DNA of 23,979 nt. Source: Spirochaetota bacterium (lineage in GTDB: Bacteria; Spirochaetota; UBA4802; UBA5550). The notes beneath the pieces are model-generated. The model had not been told where the DNA came from, did not search any database, and saw only the letters and a list, made by a program, of their open reading frames with translations. Both the position numbers and the translations under genes were made by a program. Positions within the stretch are counted from its first letter, which is position 1. Every line of letters starts with the position of its first letter. The stretch covers positions 1 through 23,979 of the forward strand of contig JBNKTL010000062.1 in NCBI GenBank assembly GCA_050298055.1. The letters are read 5' to 3'. Shown one piece after another: positions 1 through 8,480 of the stretch.

Positions 1-496
1 TGAGGCCTATAAGGTCTTCGAGAAGAAGAGGCTCACCTCAAGGATGCTTGTCCTCATTACCGATGGCGAGGACCACCAGGGGGCCGCCGAAGGGGCCATT
101 GAAAGGTTCCGGGACCTGGATGTATCCGTCTATACCCTTGGGGTGGGAAGGGAGAAGGGGGACATCATCCCCGTTGCGGAGAACAGTAAATCCGCCGACC
201 TCTATTTTAAGGACGAGGAGGGAAAGCTTATCAGGACCCGGAAAAATCCCGATCTCCTGAAAAAGCTGGCAGGTTCCACAGGGGGCGCGTACAGAGATAT
301 ATCTGACAGCTTTTCCGGGATGAAATTTCTCCTTGAAATTATATCCGACCAGCAGAAGACTCAATTCGGATCGAGTATCATAAAGGAGAAGAAGGAGCGG
401 TACCAGCTCTTTGCCGTACTCCTGCTTGTTCTGCTGTCCGCGGAACTCATGCTTTACGAGAGAAGTGGAAAGAGAAGAGGGCGCAATGACGGATAA
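1..496 (+). CDS. batB: vWA-domain protein BatB, 5'-truncated by the window edge
   Basis: vWA motifs VLITDGED and VYTLGVG, LxxLAxxTGGxY, and a C-terminal 'ERYQLF' plus hydrophobic helix typical of BatB; lies directly upstream of batC/batD-like genes. Confidence 0.8.
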   Translation, partial: EAYKVFEKKRLTSRMLVLITDGEDHQGAAEGAIERFRDLDVSVYTLGVGREKGDIIPVAENSKSADLYFKDEEGKLIRTRKNPDLLKKLAGSTGGAYRDISDSFSGMKFLLEIISDQQKTQFGSSIIKEKKERYQLFAVLLLVLLSAELMLYERSGKRRGRNDG

Positions 497-1193
497 CAGG
501 AGAGGGAAGAGGTCCGTGATAAAACTGGTTTTATTGTTAGCCGTGTCGCTTTCCTTTACCGCCTGGCTGGACCCCTTCAGGGACGAGGTCTCCCGGGGAA
601 ACGGCAGGTATCATGACCGGAAGTATGATGAGGCCGGCAAACACTATAAAAAAGCCGAAGAATACGCCCCGGGCGAAGAGGCCCGGAAAAAACTCTCCTT
701 TAACAAAGGGAACGCGCAGTTTATGAAGGGGGAATACCGGAAAGCCCTGGACAGCTACAGGATGTCACTGCGGTCCGGGGACAAAGATGTCCAGAAAAAA
801 TCGTTTTTCAACATGGGCAACACCTACATGAAGATGAACAAAAACAAAGAAGCGGTAGAGTCCTTTATCAATGCCCTGAAGATCGATCCCGCCTACGAGA
901 AGGCAAAGAGGAACATAGAATATCTCCTTTCAAAAAAACAGAAACAGAAGGAACAGGACAAAAAGAACAAAGACTCCGATAAGAACAATAAAGAGAAAAA
1001 CAAAAACCCGCAGGACCGGCAGGAGAACAAAAAGGGCGAAAAAAACAAAAAAGACCGGGCACAGAATAAAACCGTGCAGAAAAAAATGAACAGGGAACAG
1101 TTAAAGAGTCTCCTTGAATCCATGAAGAAAAAACCGGTGAGACGGCAGAAGGGAAATCCGGGAGGGAGAAGATATCTTGAAAAACAGTGGTAG
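486..1193 (+). CDS. batC: TPR protein BatC with a Lys/Gln/Asn-rich low-complexity linker
   Basis: Signal-like N-terminus, TPRs (FNKGNAQF, FNMGNTYM, ALKIDP), charged linker and terminal 'EKQW'. Start is ATG 486 overlapping the batB end, or GTG 516. Confidence 0.75.
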   Translation: MTDNRRGKRSVIKLVLLLAVSLSFTAWLDPFRDEVSRGNGRYHDRKYDEAGKHYKKAEEYAPGEEARKKLSFNKGNAQFMKGEYRKALDSYRMSLRSGDKDVQKKSFFNMGNTYMKMNKNKEAVESFINALKIDPAYEKAKRNIEYLLSKKQKQKEQDKKNKDSDKNNKEKNKNPQDRQENKKGEKNKKDRAQNKTVQKKMNREQLKSLLESMKKKPVRRQKGNPGGRRYLEKQW

Positions 1194-2778
1194 AATACTT
1201 TTTGCGGCGCTTATCCTTTTAGGAAGAACGGCATATCCCGCCGTTGAAGTGAAGACCGATCTTAACAGAAGGATCATTGAAGCCGGTGAATCGGCGACCC
1301 TGAACATCACCATCCCCGGGGACCCCTCGGGGATCGACCCGAAACAGGTCCCTTCCGTAAAAGGGCTGGAGATCGAATATTACGGGATGAGCATGTCCTA
1401 CAGCAACATCAACGGGGATGTTACCCGGGGAGTCATACTCTCATTCAGGGTGAAAGCCCTTGCCAGGGGTAAGTACACTATCCCCTCATTTGTATTCAAG
1501 ACATCCCGGGACGTTTACAGGTCGAAGCCGGTCACGCTTCTTGTGAAGAAGGGGATTGGGATAAAGCAGGAGAGCGTTTACGGTTACCGGACGGAAACGG
1601 AGATCTCAAAGGAGAAGGTTTACCTGGGTGAACCGGTTGTTTTGAGATATTTTGTCCTCATGGGAGGGGCGGACCAGTTACAGATCGAGGGCATGGAGAA
1701 GGTCCCGGAAAGCAAGGGGACCATCATAAAGGAGGTGGAGGAATCCATCGATGACGATGTTGTGACCCGGGAAGGGCTTGAACTCTATAAATCACATCTC
1801 TACTCTTACATGCTGGTGCCCATAGAAACCGGGCGAAAGAGAGTGGGAGGAAGCTCCCTGGTAATATCCTGCGGGAATCCCCATTCCTTTTTCAGTGTTG
1901 TGAGAAAGAGGCGGCTGGGCTTCCCGGACAGGGAGCTGAATGTGGTCCCCGTCCCGGAGAAGGGAAGGCCCGAAAATTACAAGGGCGATGTGGGGAACTT
2001 TACAGTTGATGCGGAATACGGGGATGATAAGATAGAGGTATTCCAGGAGAAAACAATAACCCTGAAAATTTCCGGTACCGGGAATTTTCTCTCCCTCTCA
2101 AAGCCTGAAGTTGAAAAGAAAAGCGAAAAGCTCAGGATCATCGTTGAGGAGAAGGGCTCGAAGATAAATATTGCCGGGGGAAGAATCGAGGGGGAAAAGA
2201 TTTACCGGATCACAATAATTCCCCATGAGCCGGGAGATTATAACCTGGGGAAGATAGGTTTCAGTTTTTTTGATCCCGGTACCGGAAAGTTCGGCTCCGC
2301 GGAAACAGCAGAGATCCGTTTTAAGGTTAAAGGTGAAGGGAAGGGTCCCGGTAACAGCAGGGATTTTAAGAGTTCCGGCAAGGGGTTCAGTTCCGGGATT
2401 ATCGGGGGGATTCTTGCGGCGGTTGTTATTGCCTTTCTCCTCTTTTTCCTTTACGAAAGGAGAAGCCTGAAGAAGGTGAAGGGTGAAATGACCCCAAACC
2501 ATGACGGGCCGGATGAAAATGCGGACCTGAATTACCAGCCCGATTACCTGAGAAAAATGAAAGACGCTGTTTCCGCCAACGATCCCCGGGGATTTCTTCA
2601 GGCGGCAGAAAACCATATAAAGAGCGCTTTGTCGGGGGAAGAAGAGAGGGAGAGCGTTGAGTTACATGAAATCAATAAGCTCAAAGAGAGGGTCTTTGGT
2701 TACCGGTACGGAGGGGGGAGCATCAGCGGTGATGAGATGAAGGAGCTGCTGGAGAGAATGGAAAAGCTTTCATTATAA
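1177..2778 (+). CDS. batD: BatD-family oxygen-tolerance protein (Ig-like repeats, C-terminal TM helix)
   Basis: Signal peptide and BatD motifs (GKYTIPSF, VYLGEPV, YKGDVGNF, ISGTGN, FSFFDPGTGKF), TM helix near the C-terminus; TTG start overlapping batC. Confidence 0.8.
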   Translation: MKNSGRILFAALILLGRTAYPAVEVKTDLNRRIIEAGESATLNITIPGDPSGIDPKQVPSVKGLEIEYYGMSMSYSNINGDVTRGVILSFRVKALARGKYTIPSFVFKTSRDVYRSKPVTLLVKKGIGIKQESVYGYRTETEISKEKVYLGEPVVLRYFVLMGGADQLQIEGMEKVPESKGTIIKEVEESIDDDVVTREGLELYKSHLYSYMLVPIETGRKRVGGSSLVISCGNPHSFFSVVRKRRLGFPDRELNVVPVPEKGRPENYKGDVGNFTVDAEYGDDKIEVFQEKTITLKISGTGNFLSLSKPEVEKKSEKLRIIVEEKGSKINIAGGRIEGEKIYRITIIPHEPGDYNLGKIGFSFFDPGTGKFGSAETAEIRFKVKGEGKGPGNSRDFKSSGKGFSSGIIGGILAAVVIAFLLFFLYERRSLKKVKGEMTPNHDGPDENADLNYQPDYLRKMKDAVSANDPRGFLQAAENHIKSALSGEEERESVELHEINKLKERVFGYRYGGGSISGDEMKELLERMEKLSL

Positions 2779-2840
2779 TTTTTTCTCTTCAATCTTGAAA
2801 AATTTAATTCTTTTCGGAATACTGAAAAAAGATTTTTTAG

Positions 2841-2867
2841 ACAGGATTTACAGGATGAAGATGGATA
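2841..2867 (+). repeat. Short 9-nt periodic repeat (acaggattt acaggatga agatggata)
   Basis: Seen directly in the intergenic region between batD and the acidic orphan gene. Confidence 0.45.
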
Positions 2868-2995
2868 AAGAATCAGAATAATAATTTCTTGACTCCAAAA
2901 TTTAAGTAAAAATATTTTACCTGTTAAGCTGTCATCCCCGGAAAAAAGCTTTCGGGTATGCAGAGATATTGATTATAAATTAAAGGATGTAAACA

Positions 2996-3730
2996 ATGGC
3001 CAATAATACGCAGGATCAATCAACAGGCCCGGCAAACAGTAAAGTGCTGGCGCATATCAACCTCAGGTACAATAAGGCAAAACAGGACTTTGACAACGAA
3101 TTCCCGAAGGAAGATATACCTGATGAGATCATAGAGATAGTCAATGCACTGGGTAGTGACAGGGAAAAGGCAATAGAATCACTGGCACAGGACCTTGAAA
3201 AAGCCTTCGAATACTGGAATGATCCCAAAATGACAGGTGCAAAAAATGAAGTGAGCCTTGCCTTCGCAGGTTTTGAATGGTATTATGACGGGAGTGATTT
3301 CCCTGATCCTCTCGGGTATGGGTACGCTTCGGTGGACGTACAACCCGATTTTGAAGGGACTTTTGATGATGAAAGTGAAGATGATGATATGCGCAGTGGT
3401 TTCACGGCCGGAATGAAATTTTCAGGTTTGGTTTTTGGAGATGTTGCCGGCTTTGATATGGGTTCCGTACCCGCATGTGAAAAATATTTTGAACTGGCTG
3501 TGAATGAAGATGATGATGAAGACCTGGAAGAGTTTCTTGATGATAACTCGGATTTGATAGACAGCCTTGAAAACCTGGTCATGTTTGAACTTCTTTACTG
3601 CCTGCACTTTGCAGCCGTCAAAGCATCCGGAACAGCGGCATTTGAACGCTTGCAAAAGAAATCGCCCTTTTACCTGGCTGCCAACTTCCATGAAAGCAGT
3701 AATTTTCTTTTTGCTGTTTTAAGTGAATAA
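2996..3730 (+). CDS. Acidic hypothetical protein, possibly immunity-protein-like
   Basis: 244-aa ORF, SD-like AAAGGA upstream, Asp/Glu-rich, visibly AT-richer than the flanking genes; C-terminus 'AFERLQKKSPFYLAANFHES'. Confidence 0.75.
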   Translation: MANNTQDQSTGPANSKVLAHINLRYNKAKQDFDNEFPKEDIPDEIIEIVNALGSDREKAIESLAQDLEKAFEYWNDPKMTGAKNEVSLAFAGFEWYYDGSDFPDPLGYGYASVDVQPDFEGTFDDESEDDDMRSGFTAGMKFSGLVFGDVAGFDMGSVPACEKYFELAVNEDDDEDLEEFLDDNSDLIDSLENLVMFELLYCLHFAAVKASGTAAFERLQKKSPFYLAANFHESSNFLFAVLSE

Positions 3731-3795
3731 GCTTAAGAGGGGATTTGCACTGGGGCCTCCTGTCCGGGGTATCCGAGGCTAAAAATTCTTTTTTT

Positions 3796-3828
3796 AACCC
3801 GGAACCCGGAACTTGGAACCCGAAACTT
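3796..3828. repeat. Heptamer tandem repeat (aacccgg x2, aacttgg, aacccga, aactt)
   Basis: About 4.7 units seen directly, abutting the mazG stop codon. Confidence 0.7.
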
Positions 3829-3829
3829 C

Positions 3830-4612
3830 TTACTCCCTCTCCTTGGCCCGGTCCCACAAATGGTCCAGTTCTTCCAGTGTCATCTTCTCCAGGCTCCTTC
3901 CCGATTCCTTAACTTCCTTTTCAATATGCATGAACCTGTTTATGAACTTGCTTACCGACCTGTTCAGGGCCTCGTCGGGATTGACCTTCATGAAGCGGAG
4001 GACGTTTACGATGCTGAAGAGGATGTCCCCCGATTCCTCGACGATCTTCTCCTGGTTCTTTTCGGATATGGCTTCCTTCAGTTCGCCGAGTTCTTCGTCG
4101 AGCTTTTTTACCGCGTCCACCACCTTTTCCCAGTCGAAACCCACCCGTGAGACCTTCTGCTGTACCCGGTAGGCCTTCAGGAGTGAAGGGAGGTGCCGGG
4201 GCACGCCGTCCAGTATTGAATTTCTGTGGGCCTTCTCCTTTTTTTTCAGTATCTCCCACCGGGCGATCACCTCTTCGGCGGTTTTGGCCTCTTCATCTCC
4301 GAACACATGGGGGTGCCTTCCCACCAGCTTATTGACAATACCCTCTGAAACATCGTCAATGGTAAACTTTCCCTCTTCCCGTGCGATCTGCGCGTGGGCG
4401 AAAACCTGGTAGAGGAGGTCCCCCAGTTCCTCCCGGATATCATCGCTGTCTCCCGATTCAATGGCGTCGTAGAGTTCGTAGGCTTCTTCGATGAGGTAGG
4501 GGCGAAGGGACATTGAAGTCTGTTCTTTGTCCCACTGGCAGCCGTTTTCGCTTCTCAGTATTTCCGCAAGCTCTTCAAGTATATAGAGAGGGCGCTTCTC
4601 TTTAAATTCCAT
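3830..4612 (-). CDS. mazG: Nucleoside triphosphate pyrophosphohydrolase MazG
   Basis: GCxWDKEQT, EEAYE, EELGDLL, RHPHVFG, GFDW and EESGDILFSIVN; tandem MazG domains. Confidence 0.95.
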   Translation of the reverse strand: MEFKEKRPLYILEELAEILRSENGCQWDKEQTSMSLRPYLIEEAYELYDAIESGDSDDIREELGDLLYQVFAHAQIAREEGKFTIDDVSEGIVNKLVGRHPHVFGDEEAKTAEEVIARWEILKKKEKAHRNSILDGVPRHLPSLLKAYRVQQKVSRVGFDWEKVVDAVKKLDEELGELKEAISEKNQEKIVEESGDILFSIVNVLRFMKVNPDEALNRSVSKFINRFMHIEKEVKESGRSLEKMTLEELDHLWDRAKERE

Positions 4613-4633
4613 ATTTTCTCCGGTCCTGTTCCT

Positions 4634-5347
4634 TTACAGTTTTTCGATGATTTCAGCCAGTTTGTCATAGCCTGTGATGGTGACATGGGCGCTGTTGTCG
4701 TTTTCATAGCTCCTGTTGATGCCCGCGTAGAGGATAGTCTTCATCCCCGCATCCGCTGCTCCGGCAATATCGGAGTACTCCGAATCGCCGATGTGGACCG
4801 CATTACCGGGATCTGTATTGATCCGGTCCAGGGTATATTCAAAAATGTGCCTGTGCGGCTTTGCCAGTCCCATCTCGTCCGAGAAGGAGAGATACTGGAA
4901 ATATCCGTCCAGACCGTAATCGTGTAGAAGTTCCCTGACGACTTCACCTGAATGCCAGCCGGTGTTGCATATGACCGCGAGCTTAAACCTTCCGGAAAGC
5001 TCTTCAAGGGCGTCCTTTATGCCGGCTGCTACCGGGGGGGGCGGACTGAGGGCAATTCTGTCAGAGTAATCGGCAATCCCGTCTATTACTTCAGGGGGGA
5101 GGTCTATCCCGGCAAGGTTCATGATGGAGAGAGTCCTTTCATGGCTGTCCCGGGTTTTTTTCTCAGTGACAACATGTATCCTGTAGTCTTCCTCCTCCTC
5201 CATAAAGAGCCGGTCCATTTTCTTTTTGCTGATGATGTGGCCATGCTCTCCCATGACTTTTATAAGGTTTTCCCTTATCCTGCTGTTAATGCTTTCATCA
5301 TCTGCCAGGATGGTGTCCCAGCAGTCGAATGTCACTCCCTCTATCAT
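4634..5347 (-). CDS. HAD-superfamily hydrolase (YjjG/YfnB-like)
   Basis: Motif I FDCWDT, motif II ICN, motif III KP, motif IV HIGDSEYSDIAGA. Confidence 0.9.
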   Translation of the reverse strand: MIEGVTFDCWDTILADDESINSRIRENLIKVMGEHGHIISKKKMDRLFMEEEEDYRIHVVTEKKTRDSHERTLSIMNLAGIDLPPEVIDGIADYSDRIALSPPPPVAAGIKDALEELSGRFKLAVICNTGWHSGEVVRELLHDYGLDGYFQYLSFSDEMGLAKPHRHIFEYTLDRINTDPGNAVHIGDSEYSDIAGAADAGMKTILYAGINRSYENDNSAHVTITGYDKLAEIIEKL

Positions 5348-5379
5348 ATTTTTTACTCCGGACGGACTTAAGTATGAGT

Positions 5380-5408
5380 ATTGTTCACCATGAGAGATAT
5401 TGTGTCAA
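5380..5408 (-). promoter_or_regulatory. Putative sigma70 promoter for HAD-mazG
   Basis: Minus strand TTGACA (5408-5403), 17-nt spacer, AACAAT (5385-5380). Confidence 0.4.
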
Positions 5409-5465
5409 ATAGAATTATGAATCAGTATTCATTTATCAAATAATAAATTAGCCACAGAGACACAG

Positions 5466-5639
5466 AAAAGAGTATTTTGAACCGCAAAGACGCAAAGGGC
5501 GCAAAGTATTTATTTCTTTTTACTTCCTTTAAACCTTAATCGCTACTGTATCACATCATGATATCAAAATTCTGAAAAATTTTTATTTTGTCTTTCTTCC
5601 CTTTGCGATCTTCGCGCCTTTGTGGTTCAATACTTTTTT
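5466..5639. repeat. MITE/REP-like inverted repeat pair built from 9-nt cgcaaag units
   Basis: Left arm aaaagagtattttgaaccgcaaagacgcaaagggcgcaaag (5466-5506) matches the reverse complement of the right arm ctttgcgatcttcgcgcctttgtggttcaatactttttt (5601-5639). Confidence 0.75.
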
Positions 5640-5666
5640 TTCCTCATTATCTGCTTACCTCCCATC

Positions 5667-5743
5667 CCCCTGAGGGGGCGCAAGACACTAGAGAAAAACT
5701 CTCTTATGCCCCCTCCGGGGGTTAGGGGGTCTTACTTCGTGTT
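5667..5743 (-). repeat. 77-bp palindromic REP-like element, copy A
   Basis: Reverse complement aligns without gaps to 23893-23969; internal stem agggggcataaga...tcttgcgccccct. Confidence 0.85.
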
Positions 5744-5779
5744 AAACCTCTTGAGAATATATTTCATGATAATGAGAAT

Positions 5780-5825
5780 AAAAGAAAGGAGGACTGCCCG
5801 GGAATCCCAAAACTCCGGGCAGTCC
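5780..5825 (-). terminator. Rho-independent terminator (11-bp GC stem followed by UCCUUUCUUUU on the minus strand)
   Basis: ggactgcccgg (5791-5801) pairs with ccgggcagtcc (5815-5825); the A-rich tract at 5780-5787 on + reads as a U-rich tract on -. Confidence 0.7.
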
Positions 5826-5907
5826 GAAAATTCAATACTAAATGGCACTTAGAAGTATTGCGGTATTTAAAGTTACAATCCAGCTATAGATGAATAAATG
5901 ATAACTG

Positions 5908-5942
5908 ATGTGTGCCCGCCGCCCAAGGCGGCGGGCACACAT
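5908..5942. other. Perfect 16-bp hairpin with a 3-nt loop
   Basis: atgtgtgcccgccgcc-caa-ggcggcgggcacacat; no clear U-tract on either side. Confidence 0.85.
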
Positions 5943-6053
5943 TGCTGGTATTTTATTAAACATGTATATTTTAGCCATACAGCTTAGTTACACATTAAAT
6001 TAACAATTGCGGATATCAATGAGAGAGTTTACCGGTATAAAATCGCCGTGGGG

Positions 6054-6080
6054 AAAATAAAAAACACGCTCGAGGCGCGT
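6054..6080 (-). terminator. Putative riboswitch-controlled attenuator
   Basis: Minus strand ACGCGC-CUCGA-GCGUGU followed by UUUUUAUUUU, about 30 nt after the riboswitch 3' hairpin. Confidence 0.5.
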
Positions 6081-6109
6081 CCTGATTTGGCGTGGAATAA
6101 TTCCATGTC

Positions 6110-6230
6110 AAACTGGTTCCCATATCTCGAGGACATCCAGTCAAAGGAAGATCTGACTTAACTGCGGGTTTGCAGTATCACAGTTGCGGACCAGTGCAGG
6201 AATCACACCTGCTTCCTCCTTTTATGCTAA
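6110..6230 (-). promoter_or_regulatory. Cobalamin (B12) riboswitch, compact form
   Basis: Minus strand reads AAAAGGAGGAA-GCAGG UGUGAUU CCUGC (P4/T-loop)-ACUGGUCCGCAACUGU (P5/L5)-GAU-ACUGC AAACCC GCAGU (short P6)-UAAGUCAGAUCUUCCUUU (B12 box, pairs back with AAAGGA)-ACUGG..UCC UCGAGAUAU GGGA..CCAGU (P13-like). Confidence 0.8.
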
Positions 6231-6304
6231 AGAACAATAAGATACATGAATATTATGTCGTAATAATTGTCAATAAAATTTCAATAAAATATTTGAGAGG
6301 TTTA

Positions 6305-6326
6305 AAGTCCCCCTTGGGGATTGAGG
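6305..6326. repeat. Single REP-like unit related to the 77-bp element arms
   Basis: Reverse complement cctcaatccccaagggggactt resembles ccctaacccccggaggggg; lies just after the MCP stop codon. Confidence 0.5.
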
Positions 6327-6332
6327 AAAAAT

Positions 6333-8078
6333 CTACACCTTGAAGATGCTGACCTTTGCCCTGAGAGATTCGGCAAGGGACGCCATCTCCTCGGTGGATC
6401 CCGCGAACTCCTCGGCCCCTGAAGCTGTCTTCTGGGTGAGTTCATTGATAGATGAGATTGACCGGACGATCTCGTTTGTTGAGAGCTTCTGTTCTTCCGT
6501 GGAGGTCTTTATTTCGTCTGAAAGGTCCTTGACCCTGTCTGCTTCCTTGTTTACAAAACTGCTCATTCCCAGCTGGTTTATCATATTGTTGGTAATATCA
6601 ACCATCATGCTGTTTATGGTTTCTACTTCCATCATGATCTGCTGGAGCTTCTGAATCGAATTTTCAACGATCCTTGTCCCGTTTATAATCTCCTGGCTGT
6701 TCATCCTTATGAGTGAATCTATTTCACTGATGCTCTTCGCGGTCTGGTCGGCAAGTTTTGAGATCTCTTCGGAAACAACAGCGAATCCCCTTCCTGCTTC
6801 ACCTGCCCGGGCGGACTCGATTGCGGCGTTAAGCGAGAGGAGGTTGATCTGTTCAGAGATATCATTGATCATTGAGACGATATGTGTCATCTCGCCGGAG
6901 CTCTGTTCTATTTTCAACATGCTTGAATTCATCTGCTTCAGGGAACTTTGCCCCGCGTTGGCCTCATCCTGTATCTTATCAGCCTGCTGGCCGGTATCGG
7001 ACACGATCACTGACATGTCCGATATGGACGTGGAGAGTTTCTTTATGTTGGTTATCAGTTCGGTGAGCCCCGTGAACTGGCTATTGGCCCTTTCGGAGAT
7101 AGTATCGATTCCCGCCGATATCTCTTCAACTGTTGCGGTGATCTGCTCCGCGGACGCCGCCTGGTTCTGTGAGTGATCGGAAAAACTCGCGGTGGATGCC
7201 GACATCTCTTCCGCGGATGTGGCCAGGTTTCCCGATATATCAATGATGTCCTTTACGATGACCTGTAATTTTGATACGAAGCTGTTGAAGTGACTTGCAA
7301 ACTCACCAAGTTCATCGTTGGATGTTACTTCAAGCCGCGCGGAGAGGTCCCCTTCGCCTTCTGCAATATCCTCTATCATCTTGACTGTCTTGTTTATGGG
7401 AAGAATAATAGTATTGATGAGATAAATAAGTACAATGAGGCCTGCCAGGGCGATTACGAGGATCCCACTGATCATTACCATCTGCGCCTCCAGGGAATCC
7501 TCTGAAATTTTGAAAAGGGAATCCTGCAGTTTCTTCCTGTGCTTGTCCATGAGGCTGTCAAGTGACTTGTTGAAACCATCGGCCATGCGGTCAAATTCAG
7601 CCTTAAGATCATTACCTGCCGCCGTTCCGTATGTTATATAAGCCTCGGTCATCCCCTCTCCCATCTGGTAAAACTTATCCAGTGATTTCTTCATTTTCTC
7701 AAGATTTTTTAGATTCTCATTGTCTCCTTCTCTTTTCTGTGCATTCAGAAGATTGGTTAAACGGATTTTTGATTCTTTATAGTGCATTTTCGCAATCTTC
7801 AGGAAATTATCATATTCTTTCGTTTTTCGGGTCAGGGATATATCCGTAAGTTTCTGCTGGATCTCCTGGATATTGAATTTCAGGTCAATATAGTCAAGGG
7901 TCCGGGGCAGGATCTTTCGGGATGAATCCATTGCCTGTTCTCTGTTTGTATAGATGTGAAACATTATGTAGGCGCCCACAATTCCCAGAATAACCATGAA
8001 TATGGTTATTGACGTAAGGAGTTTAAATTTGAGATTTATCTTAAGTTTATTATTATTTGGATTATTATTTTGATTCAT
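6333..8078 (-). CDS. Methyl-accepting chemotaxis protein (TM - helical sensor - TM - HAMP - MA)
   Basis: Two TM helices, HAMP ([19 protein letters not shown]) and hairpin tip [25 protein letters not shown]. Confidence 0.95.
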   Translation of the reverse strand: MNQNNNPNNNKLKINLKFKLLTSITIFMVILGIVGAYIMFHIYTNREQAMDSSRKILPRTLDYIDLKFNIQEIQQKLTDISLTRKTKEYDNFLKIAKMHYKESKIRLTNLLNAQKREGDNENLKNLEKMKKSLDKFYQMGEGMTEAYITYGTAAGNDLKAEFDRMADGFNKSLDSLMDKHRKKLQDSLFKISEDSLEAQMVMISGILVIALAGLIVLIYLINTIILPINKTVKMIEDIAEGEGDLSARLEVTSNDELGEFASHFNSFVSKLQVIVKDIIDISGNLATSAEEMSASTASFSDHSQNQAASAEQITATVEEISAGIDTISERANSQFTGLTELITNIKKLSTSISDMSVIVSDTGQQADKIQDEANAGQSSLKQMNSSMLKIEQSSGEMTHIVSMINDISEQINLLSLNAAIESARAGEAGRGFAVVSEEISKLADQTAKSISEIDSLIRMNSQEIINGTRIVENSIQKLQQIMMEVETINSMMVDITNNMINQLGMSSFVNKEADRVKDLSDEIKTSTEEQKLSTNEIVRSISSINELTQKTASGAEEFAGSTEEMASLAESLRAKVSIFKV

Positions 8079-8480
8079 ACATTCACCGTTAAACTTTTAG
8101 TAACAAAACACTTTTTTCCCGTACACTCAATCCATCACAGGGTCGTAAATTTTCAATAAGTTTTTAGTTACTCCATTGCTGAATGATTAAAAAACTGGCA
8201 TTTTCTTAATAATGACTCTATTTATTCACCATGAGAGGTCTCCTTCATTAATATATCGGCCAAACTCTATTGATAAAATAACTATATTAATGAAATAATG
8301 AGAAATATTTTCCTGGTATCATTGCTGTTGGGGGATTAACTATCAAAGGATACAGCAGATTTATGTTACTATTTTTTGACTGAAACGAAGAGAGTATGTA
8401 CTTTTTTAATATAAAGTCTGAAAAGTATCTACCCGGATTACCCGGGATCTATGGATTATACAGGAGGCTTTAGAGCTATA

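Noticed and set aside
930..1100. A-rich repeat tract in batC as a phase-variable element
   Set aside because: It encodes the Lys/Gln/Asn-rich linker normal for BatC and the frame is intact.
5622..5852. 76-aa plus-strand ORF in the intergenic region
   Set aside because: It is translated repeat and terminator sequence with no SD or recognisable motif.
5451..6326. CRISPR array
   Set aside because: The repeats are inverted or palindromic and heterogeneous, with no regularly spaced direct repeats and no cas genes.
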